DNA of 64,000 bases from a virus, in IMG/VR virus record IMGVR_UViG_3300009370_001603, positions 32,001 through 96,000 of that record. The stretch is one strand, 5' to 3'. The notes under the pieces are model-generated. The model worked only from the letters and a program-made list of their open reading frames with translations, made no database searches and had not been told where the DNA came from. The translations under genes were made by a program, and so were the position numbers. Each line of letters opens with the position of its first letter. Position 1 is the stretch's first letter. Of this stretch, positions 1-8,900 are shown in pieces.

Positions 1-4
1 TAAT

Positions 5-769
5 ATGAATAAATTTGACAAACAAGTAATAGGGATGTATAACAAAGAGAATAAAAGCACGTATGAGATAGCGGAGATTCTAAATACATATCCCAATAAA
101 ATAAGAAGAACCCTGAAGAAACACGGGTATGATTTAAAATCAAAAAGTTCAGCCCAGTCAAACGCACTTAAGAGCGGTAGAAGGCCACACCCCACTGAAG
201 GGAAGAGCAGATCCCTGTCGGAGAAAATAAAAATTAGCTCTGGCTTATCTTCTTACTGGGACGAGATGAGCGAAACTGAGCGAGAAAGACGGTCAGGCCA
301 AGCTAGGGAAAGATGGAATGGGATGACGGCAAAGCAAAAAGAAAGCATGAGGCAAAAAAGAGTACAAGCGATACAAAGATCCGCAAAAGAAGGATCAAAA
401 TTAGAAAAATTCTTAGAGGAAAAGCTGCAACAGGCTGGTTTCTCCGTAAGAATGCATCAAACAATAATACCAGCAGAAAAATTGGAAATTGATTTGTATA
501 TTCCAGACCTCAAGACTATAATAGAGGTAGATGGGCCTAGCCATTTCTTACCGATTTGGGGTGCAGACAAACTCCAAAAGCAAATTAATGCTGACCTAAG
601 AAAGAGCGGAACCCTATTGAGTAAAGGATATGCAGTGATTCGTGTAAAATCGCTGGGACAGGAATCTTTGAGTAAGCGTGAGCAGATTGCAAATCAAGTT
701 ACAGATTGTTTAAACAAGATTAGCAACAAGTTCCCGCCTAAATCAAAACGTTTTATAGAGGTTGAATAA
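5..769 (+). CDS. Free-standing Vsr/DUF559-like (PD-(D/E)XK) endonuclease with N-terminal HTH and basic DNA-binding segments; probable homing endonuclease
   Basis: C-terminal 'LEIDLYIPDLKTIIEVDGPSH...D..K...L...GYAVIRV' matches the Vsr/DUF559 pattern; N-terminal 'STYEIAEILNTYPNKIRRTLKKHG' is HTH-like; 'SLSEKIKIS' is NUMOD3-like. Confidence 0.75.
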   Translation: MNKFDKQVIGMYNKENKSTYEIAEILNTYPNKIRRTLKKHGYDLKSKSSAQSNALKSGRRPHPTEGKSRSLSEKIKISSGLSSYWDEMSETERERRSGQARERWNGMTAKQKESMRQKRVQAIQRSAKEGSKLEKFLEEKLQQAGFSVRMHQTIIPAEKLEIDLYIPDLKTIIEVDGPSHFLPIWGADKLQKQINADLRKSGTLLSKGYAVIRVKSLGQESLSKREQIANQVTDCLNKISNKFPPKSKRFIEVE

Positions 770-1548
770 TGGTGGATTTGAATAACGATAACGATAATTT
801 GTTTGAGGGAATTGCTCTCGAAACCCCAGAGAATGTTGATACTAGCGTAAAAGACAAGATTGCTACGCCATCAGGGCCAGACCCCACTTCTCCAGAGTGG
901 AACGATTACGTTCTGGAGCTATTTGACGAAAGAGAACTGTACGAGGGTAGACCCCTGTGTGCTGGCCTAAGAAGGGTATCAGAACTCCTACTAGGGCGTA
1001 TCGTCAGTAGCAGACCAACGCAAATATTTCCCCCGGATAATGGCGGCGACGAAATTGGAAGAGCCACCGTTGTGTGGGAAGTAGTATTTGAAGATGGCTC
1101 TTTATTCAGTGATGTCGCAGACTGCTGGGAGGGCAACACAGACGACGCATTTTGCGTGTTTAACACCGCGACGGCAGCGACTAGGGCTGAGGGGCGGGCT
1201 TTGAGAAAGGCTCTTAGACTCAAAACTGTGTCCGCTGAAGAGATGACCAAAAAGAATACTGCCAGCATTGTCAGGAGTATCAGCCAAACTAAACAAGTAG
1301 CAACTGAGGGTGAGTACGATGACTCACAAAGAATGACTGACCCGCAAGCCAATTTTATTGATGTTAAGTGCAAGCAGTTAAATCTAAATGTTGCAGAATT
1401 CTTCAAGGAGGCATTCGATGTAAACATAAAGCGTAAAGTAGACAAGGGGCAGGCTAGCACTGCCATAAAGAAATTAAATGATTATCAACAAGATAAAAGT
1501 CTGATCCCAGACTCTATAACTGCTTACTTAAGTGATTGGAGAAATTAA
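769..1548 (+). CDS. Putative Rad52/Sak-like ssDNA annealing protein
   Basis: 'TAATRAEGRALRKALRL...AEEM' resembles the Rad52-like core motif; C-terminal 'TDPQANFI...ASTAIKKL' resembles the helical tail of phage SSAPs; TAATG coupling on both sides. Confidence 0.5.
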   Translation: MVDLNNDNDNLFEGIALETPENVDTSVKDKIATPSGPDPTSPEWNDYVLELFDERELYEGRPLCAGLRRVSELLLGRIVSSRPTQIFPPDNGGDEIGRATVVWEVVFEDGSLFSDVADCWEGNTDDAFCVFNTATAATRAEGRALRKALRLKTVSAEEMTKKNTASIVRSISQTKQVATEGEYDDSQRMTDPQANFIDVKCKQLNLNVAEFFKEAFDVNIKRKVDKGQASTAIKKLNDYQQDKSLIPDSITAYLSDWRN

Positions 1549-1880
1549 TGAAAGTTAACTATAGAACAAGAAATGGCCGCTTGAGCGTACAGCTAGAAGG
1601 CGACTCGCAGAGAGACATCTTTGCGGAGGTTTCTAAATTTCAAGAAGTTTTTGAAGAGGATAAGTGCGGAAAATGTAGCTCCGAAAATGTCCGCTTCGTG
1701 GTGCGAAACGTCGATGACAATTTGTATCATGAGCTTCGCTGCGGAGATTGCGGGGCAAGGTTGTCCTTTGGTTCTCATAAGAAAGGGGGTGGCTTATTTC
1801 CAAAGAGGAAAGATGGAGAAAACTGGCTACCCGACCGTGGTTGGGTAAAGTGGAATCCCAAGACTGAAAAGAACGAATAG
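1548..1880 (+). CDS. Zn-ribbon protein, function unknown
   Basis: CGKC...CGDC; start moved to ATG 1548 (TAATG overlap, GGAGA SD at 1538-1542). Confidence 0.7.
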   Translation: MKVNYRTRNGRLSVQLEGDSQRDIFAEVSKFQEVFEEDKCGKCSSENVRFVVRNVDDNLYHELRCGDCGARLSFGSHKKGGGLFPKRKDGENWLPDRGWVKWNPKTEKNE

Positions 1881-1895
1881 GAAAGCTTAAGAAAG

Positions 1896-1930
1896 AAGAG
1901 GGGGGCGGATAAAACCGCTCCCCTTTTTTT
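1896..1930 (+). terminator. Rho-independent terminator at the convergence of the two transcription directions (possibly bidirectional)
   Basis: GAGGGGGGCGG-ATAAAA-CCGCTCCCCT hairpin followed by a T run; A-rich on the 5' side. Confidence 0.85.
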
Positions 1931-1968
1931 ATGTAGTAACCACGCAGAGAGACTGCTGTACTAAACAG

Positions 1969-2664
1969 TTATGATACTAAAGATGGTATCTCTTCGATTA
2001 AATCTAACTTCTCTTCCACCCTATCTATATTGGTTCCATAAATAGGACCAACAATTACTCGGCTTGTTTCTTTGAACCTTTTAATTCCCGACCCAAAACA
2101 AATGACACCTATCACCTTGCCCTTATAGATAATAGGCCCCCCAGAATCCCCCTGAATAGCCCAAGAAAAAACAATGTGTCCGCCTGAGCCTAAGTTTTTC
2201 CCCCCGTACTTTGCTATCCAGTGGCGAAAATCTTCTGCCCCATATCCACACATTTCGACCGTAGCTCCAATTGGAACATCGTCTACGCTTATCTTCATGG
2301 GTTCTATGGAGTCTGGTATTAAGGCGCGTATGATTCCATAATCTTCAAAGGGATCAATAGATCCAGACTTCAAAACAACTCGACCTTGATCCACAGATTC
2401 TCCAGTGTTAAATATGACTGTGAACTCCGTTGCCATCTCCTTAATACAATGTGATGCTGTAAGAATCCAGCCCACATAATAACCCTCAACCCTGCTATCC
2501 TTCACACGCTTAATAACGGTTCCACTTCCACTGAATCCATCGCCCGCAATCTTAACTATACTTGAATGATAATCTGCTTCTTCTGATGCTGGCCAATCTT
2601 GGGCGACCATAGCCTGAACTGAAAAAAAACAGAAAACAACTGACAAAAACATTTTCTTAAACAT
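1969..2664 (-). CDS. Trypsin-like (S1) serine protease with signal peptide
   Basis: Catalytic motifs TASHC, DYGII and GDSGGP; N-terminus 'MFKKMFLSVVFCFFSVQAMVA-QD' is a Sec-type signal; start set at 2664. Confidence 0.9.
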   Translation of the reverse strand: MFKKMFLSVVFCFFSVQAMVAQDWPASEEADYHSSIVKIAGDGFSGSGTVIKRVKDSRVEGYYVGWILTASHCIKEMATEFTVIFNTGESVDQGRVVLKSGSIDPFEDYGIIRALIPDSIEPMKISVDDVPIGATVEMCGYGAEDFRHWIAKYGGKNLGSGGHIVFSWAIQGDSGGPIIYKGKVIGVICFGSGIKRFKETSRVIVGPIYGTNIDRVEEKLDLIEEIPSLVS

Positions 2665-2707
2665 AGTGTAACCCCTTACTGCAATCAATCTATATATTAC
2701 TAGCAAG

Positions 2708-2716
2708 ATTATACAC
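2708..2716 (-). promoter_or_regulatory. GTGTATAAT putative phage promoter
   Basis: Intergenic, 44 nt upstream of the protease start; the same motif occurs in four other intergenic gaps. Confidence 0.6.
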
Positions 2717-2764
2717 TTAAATTTTAAAAATTGCCGGAACCCCTATTTTTAGGCTGTTATGTGC

Positions 2765-2995
2765 TTATAATTTTTTTGAATATATCTGCCAAAATACGTG
2801 GCCGCATAAGAAACCAAAGATAAATGGTATAACAGGCCACCGTCTCGCCGCTTCATATAGAACAACACTAAACGTTGCTTCCTGAGCTTCAGGCATGTCG
2901 TTAAAATGTATGTTCCAGAGTAGAAAAAGATCCCATCCGGCGACAATAAAGATGATAAGCAGAATTATTATTCGTGTTATGAGTGCGTAAGTCAT
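2765..2995 (-). CDS. Small two-TM membrane protein (holin-like candidate)
   Basis: 76 aa, two hydrophobic segments, 'PFIFGFLCGHVFW', basic C-terminus. Confidence 0.55.
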   Translation of the reverse strand: MTYALITRIIILLIIFIVAGWDLFLLWNIHFNDMPEAQEATFSVVLYEAARRWPVIPFIFGFLCGHVFWQIYSKKL

Positions 2996-3023
2996 ATTAA
3001 TTGCTCCAAGAATGTAAGTTGTG

Positions 3024-3518
3024 CTACTGATTATTTGTAGATTCCATTAGGTTCTTGACAGAATTTTGACAGAACCCTTTGTCCCCCCGCTCAATTAGCT
3101 CGATAATAACACCCCCTAATACGTCTTGTGGCTTACTGAATATCTGTCGTAGATCATCATCCGGACAGTCAATTATATCGTCAGATAAGAACTCTATACC
3201 CTTTTCTCTCAATTGCTTCACTGTCTTGTCTATATTTTCCACTGAGTATGCTATGTGGTGTATGCCTCCAGTTCCTCCTCGTTCTTTTACCCATTCGTCT
3301 ACAATAGATCCGGGAGTCCCTTCGCTCACAAAGACTTCTGGTGAAGAGCCACAAATATCTACCAGAGCCTTGCAGTCTGCTTTCGATCCGTCGTCAAAAT
3401 CAATCTTAAACTCTGCCCCAACCTTGTAGCCCAAAAGAGAACAAAAAAAATCCGCTGTTTCGTCTCTGTCGGCCACCCTATACGCTATGTGATCTAAAGT
3501 TATTAATTCTATACTCAT
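3024..3518 (-). CDS. VOC/glyoxalase-superfamily metalloenzyme resembling a stand-alone HPPD catalytic domain
   Basis: 'LDHIAY', 'GGIHHIAY', 'LRQIFSKP', 'IELIERGDKGF...NLMES': His/His/Glu triad with HPPD-type C-terminal motifs. Confidence 0.8.
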   Translation of the reverse strand: MSIELITLDHIAYRVADRDETADFFCSLLGYKVGAEFKIDFDDGSKADCKALVDICGSSPEVFVSEGTPGSIVDEWVKERGGTGGIHHIAYSVENIDKTVKQLREKGIEFLSDDIIDCPDDDLRQIFSKPQDVLGGVIIELIERGDKGFCQNSVKNLMESTNNQ

Positions 3519-3527
3519 TTACTCTTT

Positions 3528-4028
3528 CTATTTTGGTGGTAGTTTTAGTGGCGGTAGCGGCATGATGTCCCATGTCTCCGACCTGTTAGACAGGGAACCC
3601 TTGTCCTTGCCTTTGCCTTCCCCCTCGCCCTTTTGACCTTCCCCGTCGCCATCGGCACCACCCTCTGATTTTTTAAGCCTGAACGGTTTGCCTTTTCCTT
3701 GCTTCACGCCACCTTTTAGGGCCTCTTTTAGTTCCTTTGAATACTTTGCATCTATCAGCGTAGGGGGCCAACCATCACCGGTCTTTTTATACATGACATA
3801 TATCCTCTTTTCCTCAAGGTTGATTGCGTGGCCATACACAATGATATCATTTGGTATTGACTTTACGATGGGCTTACCTGCATAAAGAGATATAACTCCA
3901 AAACTGATAAGAGAGGCGCAGACAACTGAAATTACCAATCCGGTCCTCAGTACAATATCTTTAAATCTAAATATTATAGCAGCACAAGAGATGATAGATA
4001 TGATCAAATTTAATATAAATGGAAACAT
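3528..4028 (-). CDS. Membrane protein, third member of the ExbB/ExbD-like cluster
   Basis: Two N-terminal TM helices, soluble domain, G/E/K-rich linker, Pro-rich end 'PLPPLKLPPK'; translationally coupled to the upstream gene. Confidence 0.6.
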   Translation of the reverse strand: MFPFILNLIISIISCAAIIFRFKDIVLRTGLVISVVCASLISFGVISLYAGKPIVKSIPNDIIVYGHAINLEEKRIYVMYKKTGDGWPPTLIDAKYSKELKEALKGGVKQGKGKPFRLKKSEGGADGDGEGQKGEGEGKGKDKGSLSNRSETWDIMPLPPLKLPPK

Positions 4029-4588
4029 TATTGCAAAAACCCCTCTAGTAATTCTCTTTGTAGTTGAACATTTTTAACATTCCCATCTTTATCTATATAA
4101 AATGAAACTATGGGGACTTCTTCGTTATGGGCTACTTGCACGGTTGTTCTGAATATGTGTTTAAACGGGCGTGATTTTTGAAACTCAATAGTGACGGTTA
4201 TGTGGGTCTTATTTTTAGGAACCCTATATCCGTGCAAAGAAAACATGTACTCACCCTTTTTGGCCGTTTCTATTGTCAGGGTTTCCCTAGCCTCCAACAG
4301 TTTTACACCGTCCACGGCTCCATATTCTCTAGATGTGTTATCGTTATGAAGGATGAATACATCGTTTTCCCTTCGTTTATACCCCGTTATAGAGTCTGCA
4401 TTATCAACCCTCATGGCCCAAGTATCTATATCTGCATTGTCTTCAATGGGCCAGCTTATGTTCAATATGAACTCAGCCGTTGGTGGAGGGGCGGGGGTCT
4501 CGTCCTTCTTTTTTACTGGGTTGTACAGGAGAATCATGCACACCAATAATATTAAAACCATATCTAGAAAGCATATTGGAATCTTCAT
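4028..4588 (-). CDS. ExbD/MotB-like single-TM partner with YfaP/DUF2135-like soluble domain
   Basis: 'FLDMVLILLVCMILL' TM with the conserved Asp; 'ISWP..NADIDTW...GEYMFSLHGY' resembles YfaP-type domains. Confidence 0.6.
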   Translation of the reverse strand: MKIPICFLDMVLILLVCMILLYNPVKKKDETPAPPPTAEFILNISWPIEDNADIDTWAMRVDNADSITGYKRRENDVFILHNDNTSREYGAVDGVKLLEARETLTIETAKKGEYMFSLHGYRVPKNKTHITVTIEFQKSRPFKHIFRTTVQVAHNEEVPIVSFYIDKDGNVKNVQLQRELLEGFLQ

Positions 4589-5010
4589 TCGTCTTCCCTC
4601 AAAAATATAACGTATGTATAAATAAACAGACTACATACTATCCCAACAATGGTGGTGTTTAATACTGTGGACATACCGTTTGTTATTAATTTATGTTTAA
4701 GCTCCTCGTCATCTACCGCCCCCAGAGATGCAAATAAAAAGCTCATGCCAATAACGGTACCCAAGAGACCAAGCATTTGTGCTATGTTAGACATGTCATT
4801 CATTTTCTTCATGTGGTATGACTTTTTCATCACCTGACGAAAACAAAATAGTATGGAAGAAAAGCCCAGCAATAATATTGCATAGCAAATAAATGTTATG
4901 TCAGCAGACGCCATAGAGCTAAAAGCGGAGAATTGAAATTCTGAAGCGATCAATGACACTAGCCCCACGCTTGTTATCGACAGCCATTTTAAAAAGTTTT
5001 TTGATTTCAT
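4585..5010 (-). CDS. MotA/TolQ/ExbB proton-channel family protein
   Basis: 'AQMLGLLGTVIGM' and 'GMSTVLNTTIVGIVCSL' family motifs; multiple TM helices. Confidence 0.85.
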   Translation of the reverse strand: MKSKNFLKWLSITSVGLVSLIASEFQFSAFSSMASADITFICYAILLLGFSSILFCFRQVMKKSYHMKKMNDMSNIAQMLGLLGTVIGMSFLFASLGAVDDEELKHKLITNGMSTVLNTTIVGIVCSLFIYTYVIFLREDE

Positions 5011-5048
5011 TGTAACCCTTTATTATTGTAAAGATTTTCCCCATATAT

Positions 5049-5080
5049 AAAAAAAGGGGTGGTTTGACCCACCCCTCTTT
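5049..5080 (-). terminator. Rho-independent terminator ending the structural operon
   Basis: Minus strand AGGGGTGG-GTCAAA-CCACCCCT followed by a T run, 24 nt after the 5104 stop. Confidence 0.85.
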
Positions 5081-5103
5081 AATCATAAATTTAATGGGTT
5101 GAT

Positions 5104-5889
5104 TTACAGGTACTCTAGTGTGAAATATAGCCCGTAATCAGTTTTGCTTCCAATCGACTGTGGAGAGGCACTAAGAGCAAGATACCAGTCGTGTCGAGTA
5201 GCCCTGTGAGCTGGACCCTCTTTAGTCTTCCAGTTGAGATAACCGTCCGCGCCGGGGCCAACCAAGTTGGCAGAAGGTAATGGATCACCATCAACGGTAT
5301 TTAATCCGCTCATTCCGGGGGAGGGGGTAAAGGTCATATCCGGCGGAGTGCCGCCATCGCCGGGGTCAAATTCAAACCAGCCAAAGTTATCAATACCTCT
5401 ATGGGCTAAAGACCCACTTCCAGCCAAGTTTGTGGCTCCAATAGCATGTCCCTCTGTGGCGTGCGGGTGCCTAACTTCTAGCACCTGAGTGGTAACGCCG
5501 CTGGCGTGCTTTGCGATACTAGCCCTATCAAAGATTCTAAGCTTACAGTTCTGAGTAGCAACCGCGTCAGTATGCTCAAATCTAATATTTAATGGTGCAT
5601 ACCAGTTTGGAATTCCTGAAGTTTCCGCTGCTACAGCGGTCCCATTCGCTTTTATTCCACTTACAGACTGATATTGAGTATTCTGTAACTTTACACCGCT
5701 AGTAGTGCCGTCGCCATTGGTTACATAGCTGGCCTCTTGATATTGGGCAACTGGGACTGATAGGCCAAAACCTGCGCCATAAAAGCCAATTCCAGACCCT
5801 TTTGTGTGTTCTATGAGTGATGGATCAGTATTCCACGCGGTACTATACCCCGTAGTATTACCATTCGCATGAAATGTAATAGTAGCCAT
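5104..5889 (-). CDS. Putative virion structural protein
   Basis: Gly/Thr/Ser-rich, beta-type composition, 7 SG dipeptides; own GTGTATAAT motif, AGGAGA SD and terminator suggest high expression. Confidence 0.5.
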   Translation of the reverse strand: MATITFHANGNTTGYSTAWNTDPSLIEHTKGSGIGFYGAGFGLSVPVAQYQEASYVTNGDGTTSGVKLQNTQYQSVSGIKANGTAVAAETSGIPNWYAPLNIRFEHTDAVATQNCKLRIFDRASIAKHASGVTTQVLEVRHPHATEGHAIGATNLAGSGSLAHRGIDNFGWFEFDPGDGGTPPDMTFTPSPGMSGLNTVDGDPLPSANLVGPGADGYLNWKTKEGPAHRATRHDWYLALSASPQSIGSKTDYGLYFTLEYL

Positions 5890-5914
5890 TGAAAATTCTC
5901 CTTTTGGTTATTGT

Positions 5915-5923
5915 ATTATACAC
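5915..5923 (-). promoter_or_regulatory. GTGTATAAT putative phage promoter
   Basis: Intergenic, 26 nt upstream of ATG 5889, with an A-tract upstream. Confidence 0.65.
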
Positions 5924-5955
5924 AATTTTTTGTTTTTTGTTAATTAAATTGGTTT

Positions 5956-8900
5956 CTAAACAGGGTTAATTTCCAGCTCAATATACTGGTCTACGCTATG
6001 TGTAGGCCCCATATTATTGTCATTCCATATTGTATGGGAAGTATCGTTATGAAAGTGGAAAAAACAGTCATAAAGCCCGCTTGGGGAGGGATTATCAATA
6101 TCTTCCTGAACTATCCTTTCGCCCTCTGTTAGGGCAATAAAATTATTAGCACCTTGGATAAAGCCGAATAGGAAGCTTTGACCAGCGCTTCCTCCCGGAC
6201 TAGAGTCTGCGGGCATGGAAAGTTGGGCAAAATCCTGCAAAGTGGCAATTTTTGGCTTATGATCTGTTATTATCATCTTCTTCATGGTTGCTTTAGTAAC
6301 AAAAGCACTAAAACCCTTTCCATTTACAGTAAACTTGTTATAGGGCTTAAATTTTGCGGCCCCCATGGTATTTGAAGTGATTTCATCAACACTATCCACA
6401 GTCATGTCGCAGTCGTCGGGGTCAACAAAGTTTATACCAAGATTTATAAGCTTATCAGGATTACAGTCTACGCCTAATTTTTCAAGATCTGAAAGTTTCT
6501 TAGGCGTGTCACCGAATGTCGTGTTGTTGGTGCATGGTACATTAAAATATAAGCCATTAATGCACCCTTGATTCCCAGTACTCATCACCGTAACTTCGCT
6601 TTTTTCAAATCCATCTACTTTAAATTTATCTCCAATTTTATAGTCTTTTCCTAAGTTTACAAGTACAACGTCAACTTTCTCAGGGTTTTGCGGGTTGGGT
6701 GTAAGTTTCACCTTTCCGTCCTCTTCTGACACCGTCTCTAACGCAAGAACTTTGTCAATCGGACCTATTAGTTGATCGTAGTTATCCATAGCTTCAGATC
6801 TTGCCCATACGTTATTGGTGGTAAGGAACGACACCCGAAATCCGGGCATGTTCTCCCCAAACCTAAAGTATGGGATCTGAGGCACATCTCGATTTGCATT
6901 ATAGGGTAGAAGTTTTCCCCTTCTGGTTGGATCTACGTTCCAATATTCCTTGGATATTAATCTTCGATAAACCCCAAACTGTGGTTCCACGGCGTTGCTG
7001 TAAATATCATCCCCGCCATTATCCTTCCACGTAGATGGGCCAAGGAGTGCTAACTGTGATTTCGCTGAGAAGGGAACGCGACGGGGGACTCCGTCTCCCA
7101 CCTCTATAGACTCTTTTATGTTACAGTCTTCTTGGAAGTCGACATAAGACGGCGTCCGGTGATCGACCGTAGTCCTTGCAACATCCACCCAGCAGTCGGC
7201 ATGGTTATCTTTATCTGTATCTACAAATATGTTATCGAAATCGTTCGAGCCGTGGAACAATGGGATCCGTCGGTTGGCTTGGTGATGGATGCTATCCGCA
7301 AGGCCTAGGCCGGGATTAAAATGATGTACGGCAAAGAATCTTGAATCATAGATTAAGTTTTCTCTCTCGTGAGCTTGATAGATACGTACAGATAAGTCTG
7401 TTGTTCCGAATTGGTCATATTTATTAGCGTGCGTCCCTCCCCAAGTGGGAAGCCATGTGGCGCTTGCCTGACCCGCCATACCCGTAAAGCGCGACTGCGA
7501 TCCGATTTTGTTTCTCGTTGTAAAGGCGACGTATTGCACCGCTCCAACCGTACAAACACTCCCAATAACACCAACGGTCAAGAATCCACTCTCATCCCCC
7601 TGTACCCGCTCCATATTCAGCCGCCATCCGGCGAATCCCGCTGTCCAATCCCCAAATCTATTGCACTTGTGGTACTTGATCGCACCTACGTATGGATAAT
7701 CCCTACCATACATAATCCCGTGATTGTTAAAGTCAAAATCGGTCCTACGAGTCCCGTCGGCCTTGAAGGCAGTCGTATCAACTCCGGCGGAGAAATTCTC
7801 TGCATAAATCTTGTTAGATGGACGCCAGTCACCTGCATCGACCATGCTATTTTCTCGATCCCGACTAATCTTACTAAAACCGCATTCAGGCTGCGCCGCG
7901 CCGCCAACCTGTGTCATTTTGCCTGTAACATAGTTATACTTGCGAGACCGGCCCTCAACGGTGCTTCCGCCAGTCCCCTGTCCGTCCATTAAAGGAATGA
8001 CTCTTCCGTGATCATTGACGGATAGCTCATGACACAAAGGTCTAAATTGTATTTTGTTGGCCCTTACGGGACGCCAATCTAGTGCACTTTGGGTATAATC
8101 CCACAGAGGGTTATCGTCTTCATCTTTTGGGAAACCATCTTTAGGCTCTCGATACAACCAGTTCCACAGGAAGCCGGGGAATTCTCTTTCATTAAGCGGG
8201 TGGGCTGTTCCAATATCTGCTTCATCCATACCTCTCCCGTGGGCTATCGCGGCTGTACAGTGGTTCTTGAACATTTCCTTCCACTTGTTATATTGCTCGG
8301 TGCCCAAAGTGGCAAGATCAACTTCGTTATCAAAATATGACCATGCACGCATGTTCATTAGCGGTCTCCCATAATTACCGCTTGGTGAAGCATTCAGCGC
8401 ATAATCCGCTGGCATATGAGTAAGATCTGTAATGCCGTCCACGGCAAATTTATTAAATAGTGCTATGACCGGCCCAGTGTTGATGCCAAACTCCTCATCG
8501 CCTTCAATAAACTGCTTTCCCCCTTCGTAGTGTGCATTTCTTGCGTCGTCTTCGCCGGTATTCTTGGGTAGAAGAAAGCCCCCACCCAATACCTCGTCGT
8601 AGGTGCCTTCGTTGGGCCAATATGTCTTTGCGATACCGTATGCCTTACCCACCCATCCCCTATTTTCTTGAGCCAATGTCTGTGGGCCACTCTCGTTGTG
8701 ATCGTCCATGTCGGTCGCCGTCCAGCCATCTGGAAAAAGCGCCCCAAAATACAGGGTGTTGTCGGGGCTTGCTCCACCATCTTCAATCAGATCGCCATTT
8801 GCCCATTCTCCAAATTTCGTTCTGAGTATTGACCGCTTTGCACCCCTTGTGCCACCAAGCTGGCCCTCCAAGTAGTCAAATGCAGTAACCTGCCTAAAAT

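Noticed and set aside
3528-5010. Zorya defence system
   Set aside because: No long ZorA tail, no OmpA-like ZorB domain, no ZorC/D/E
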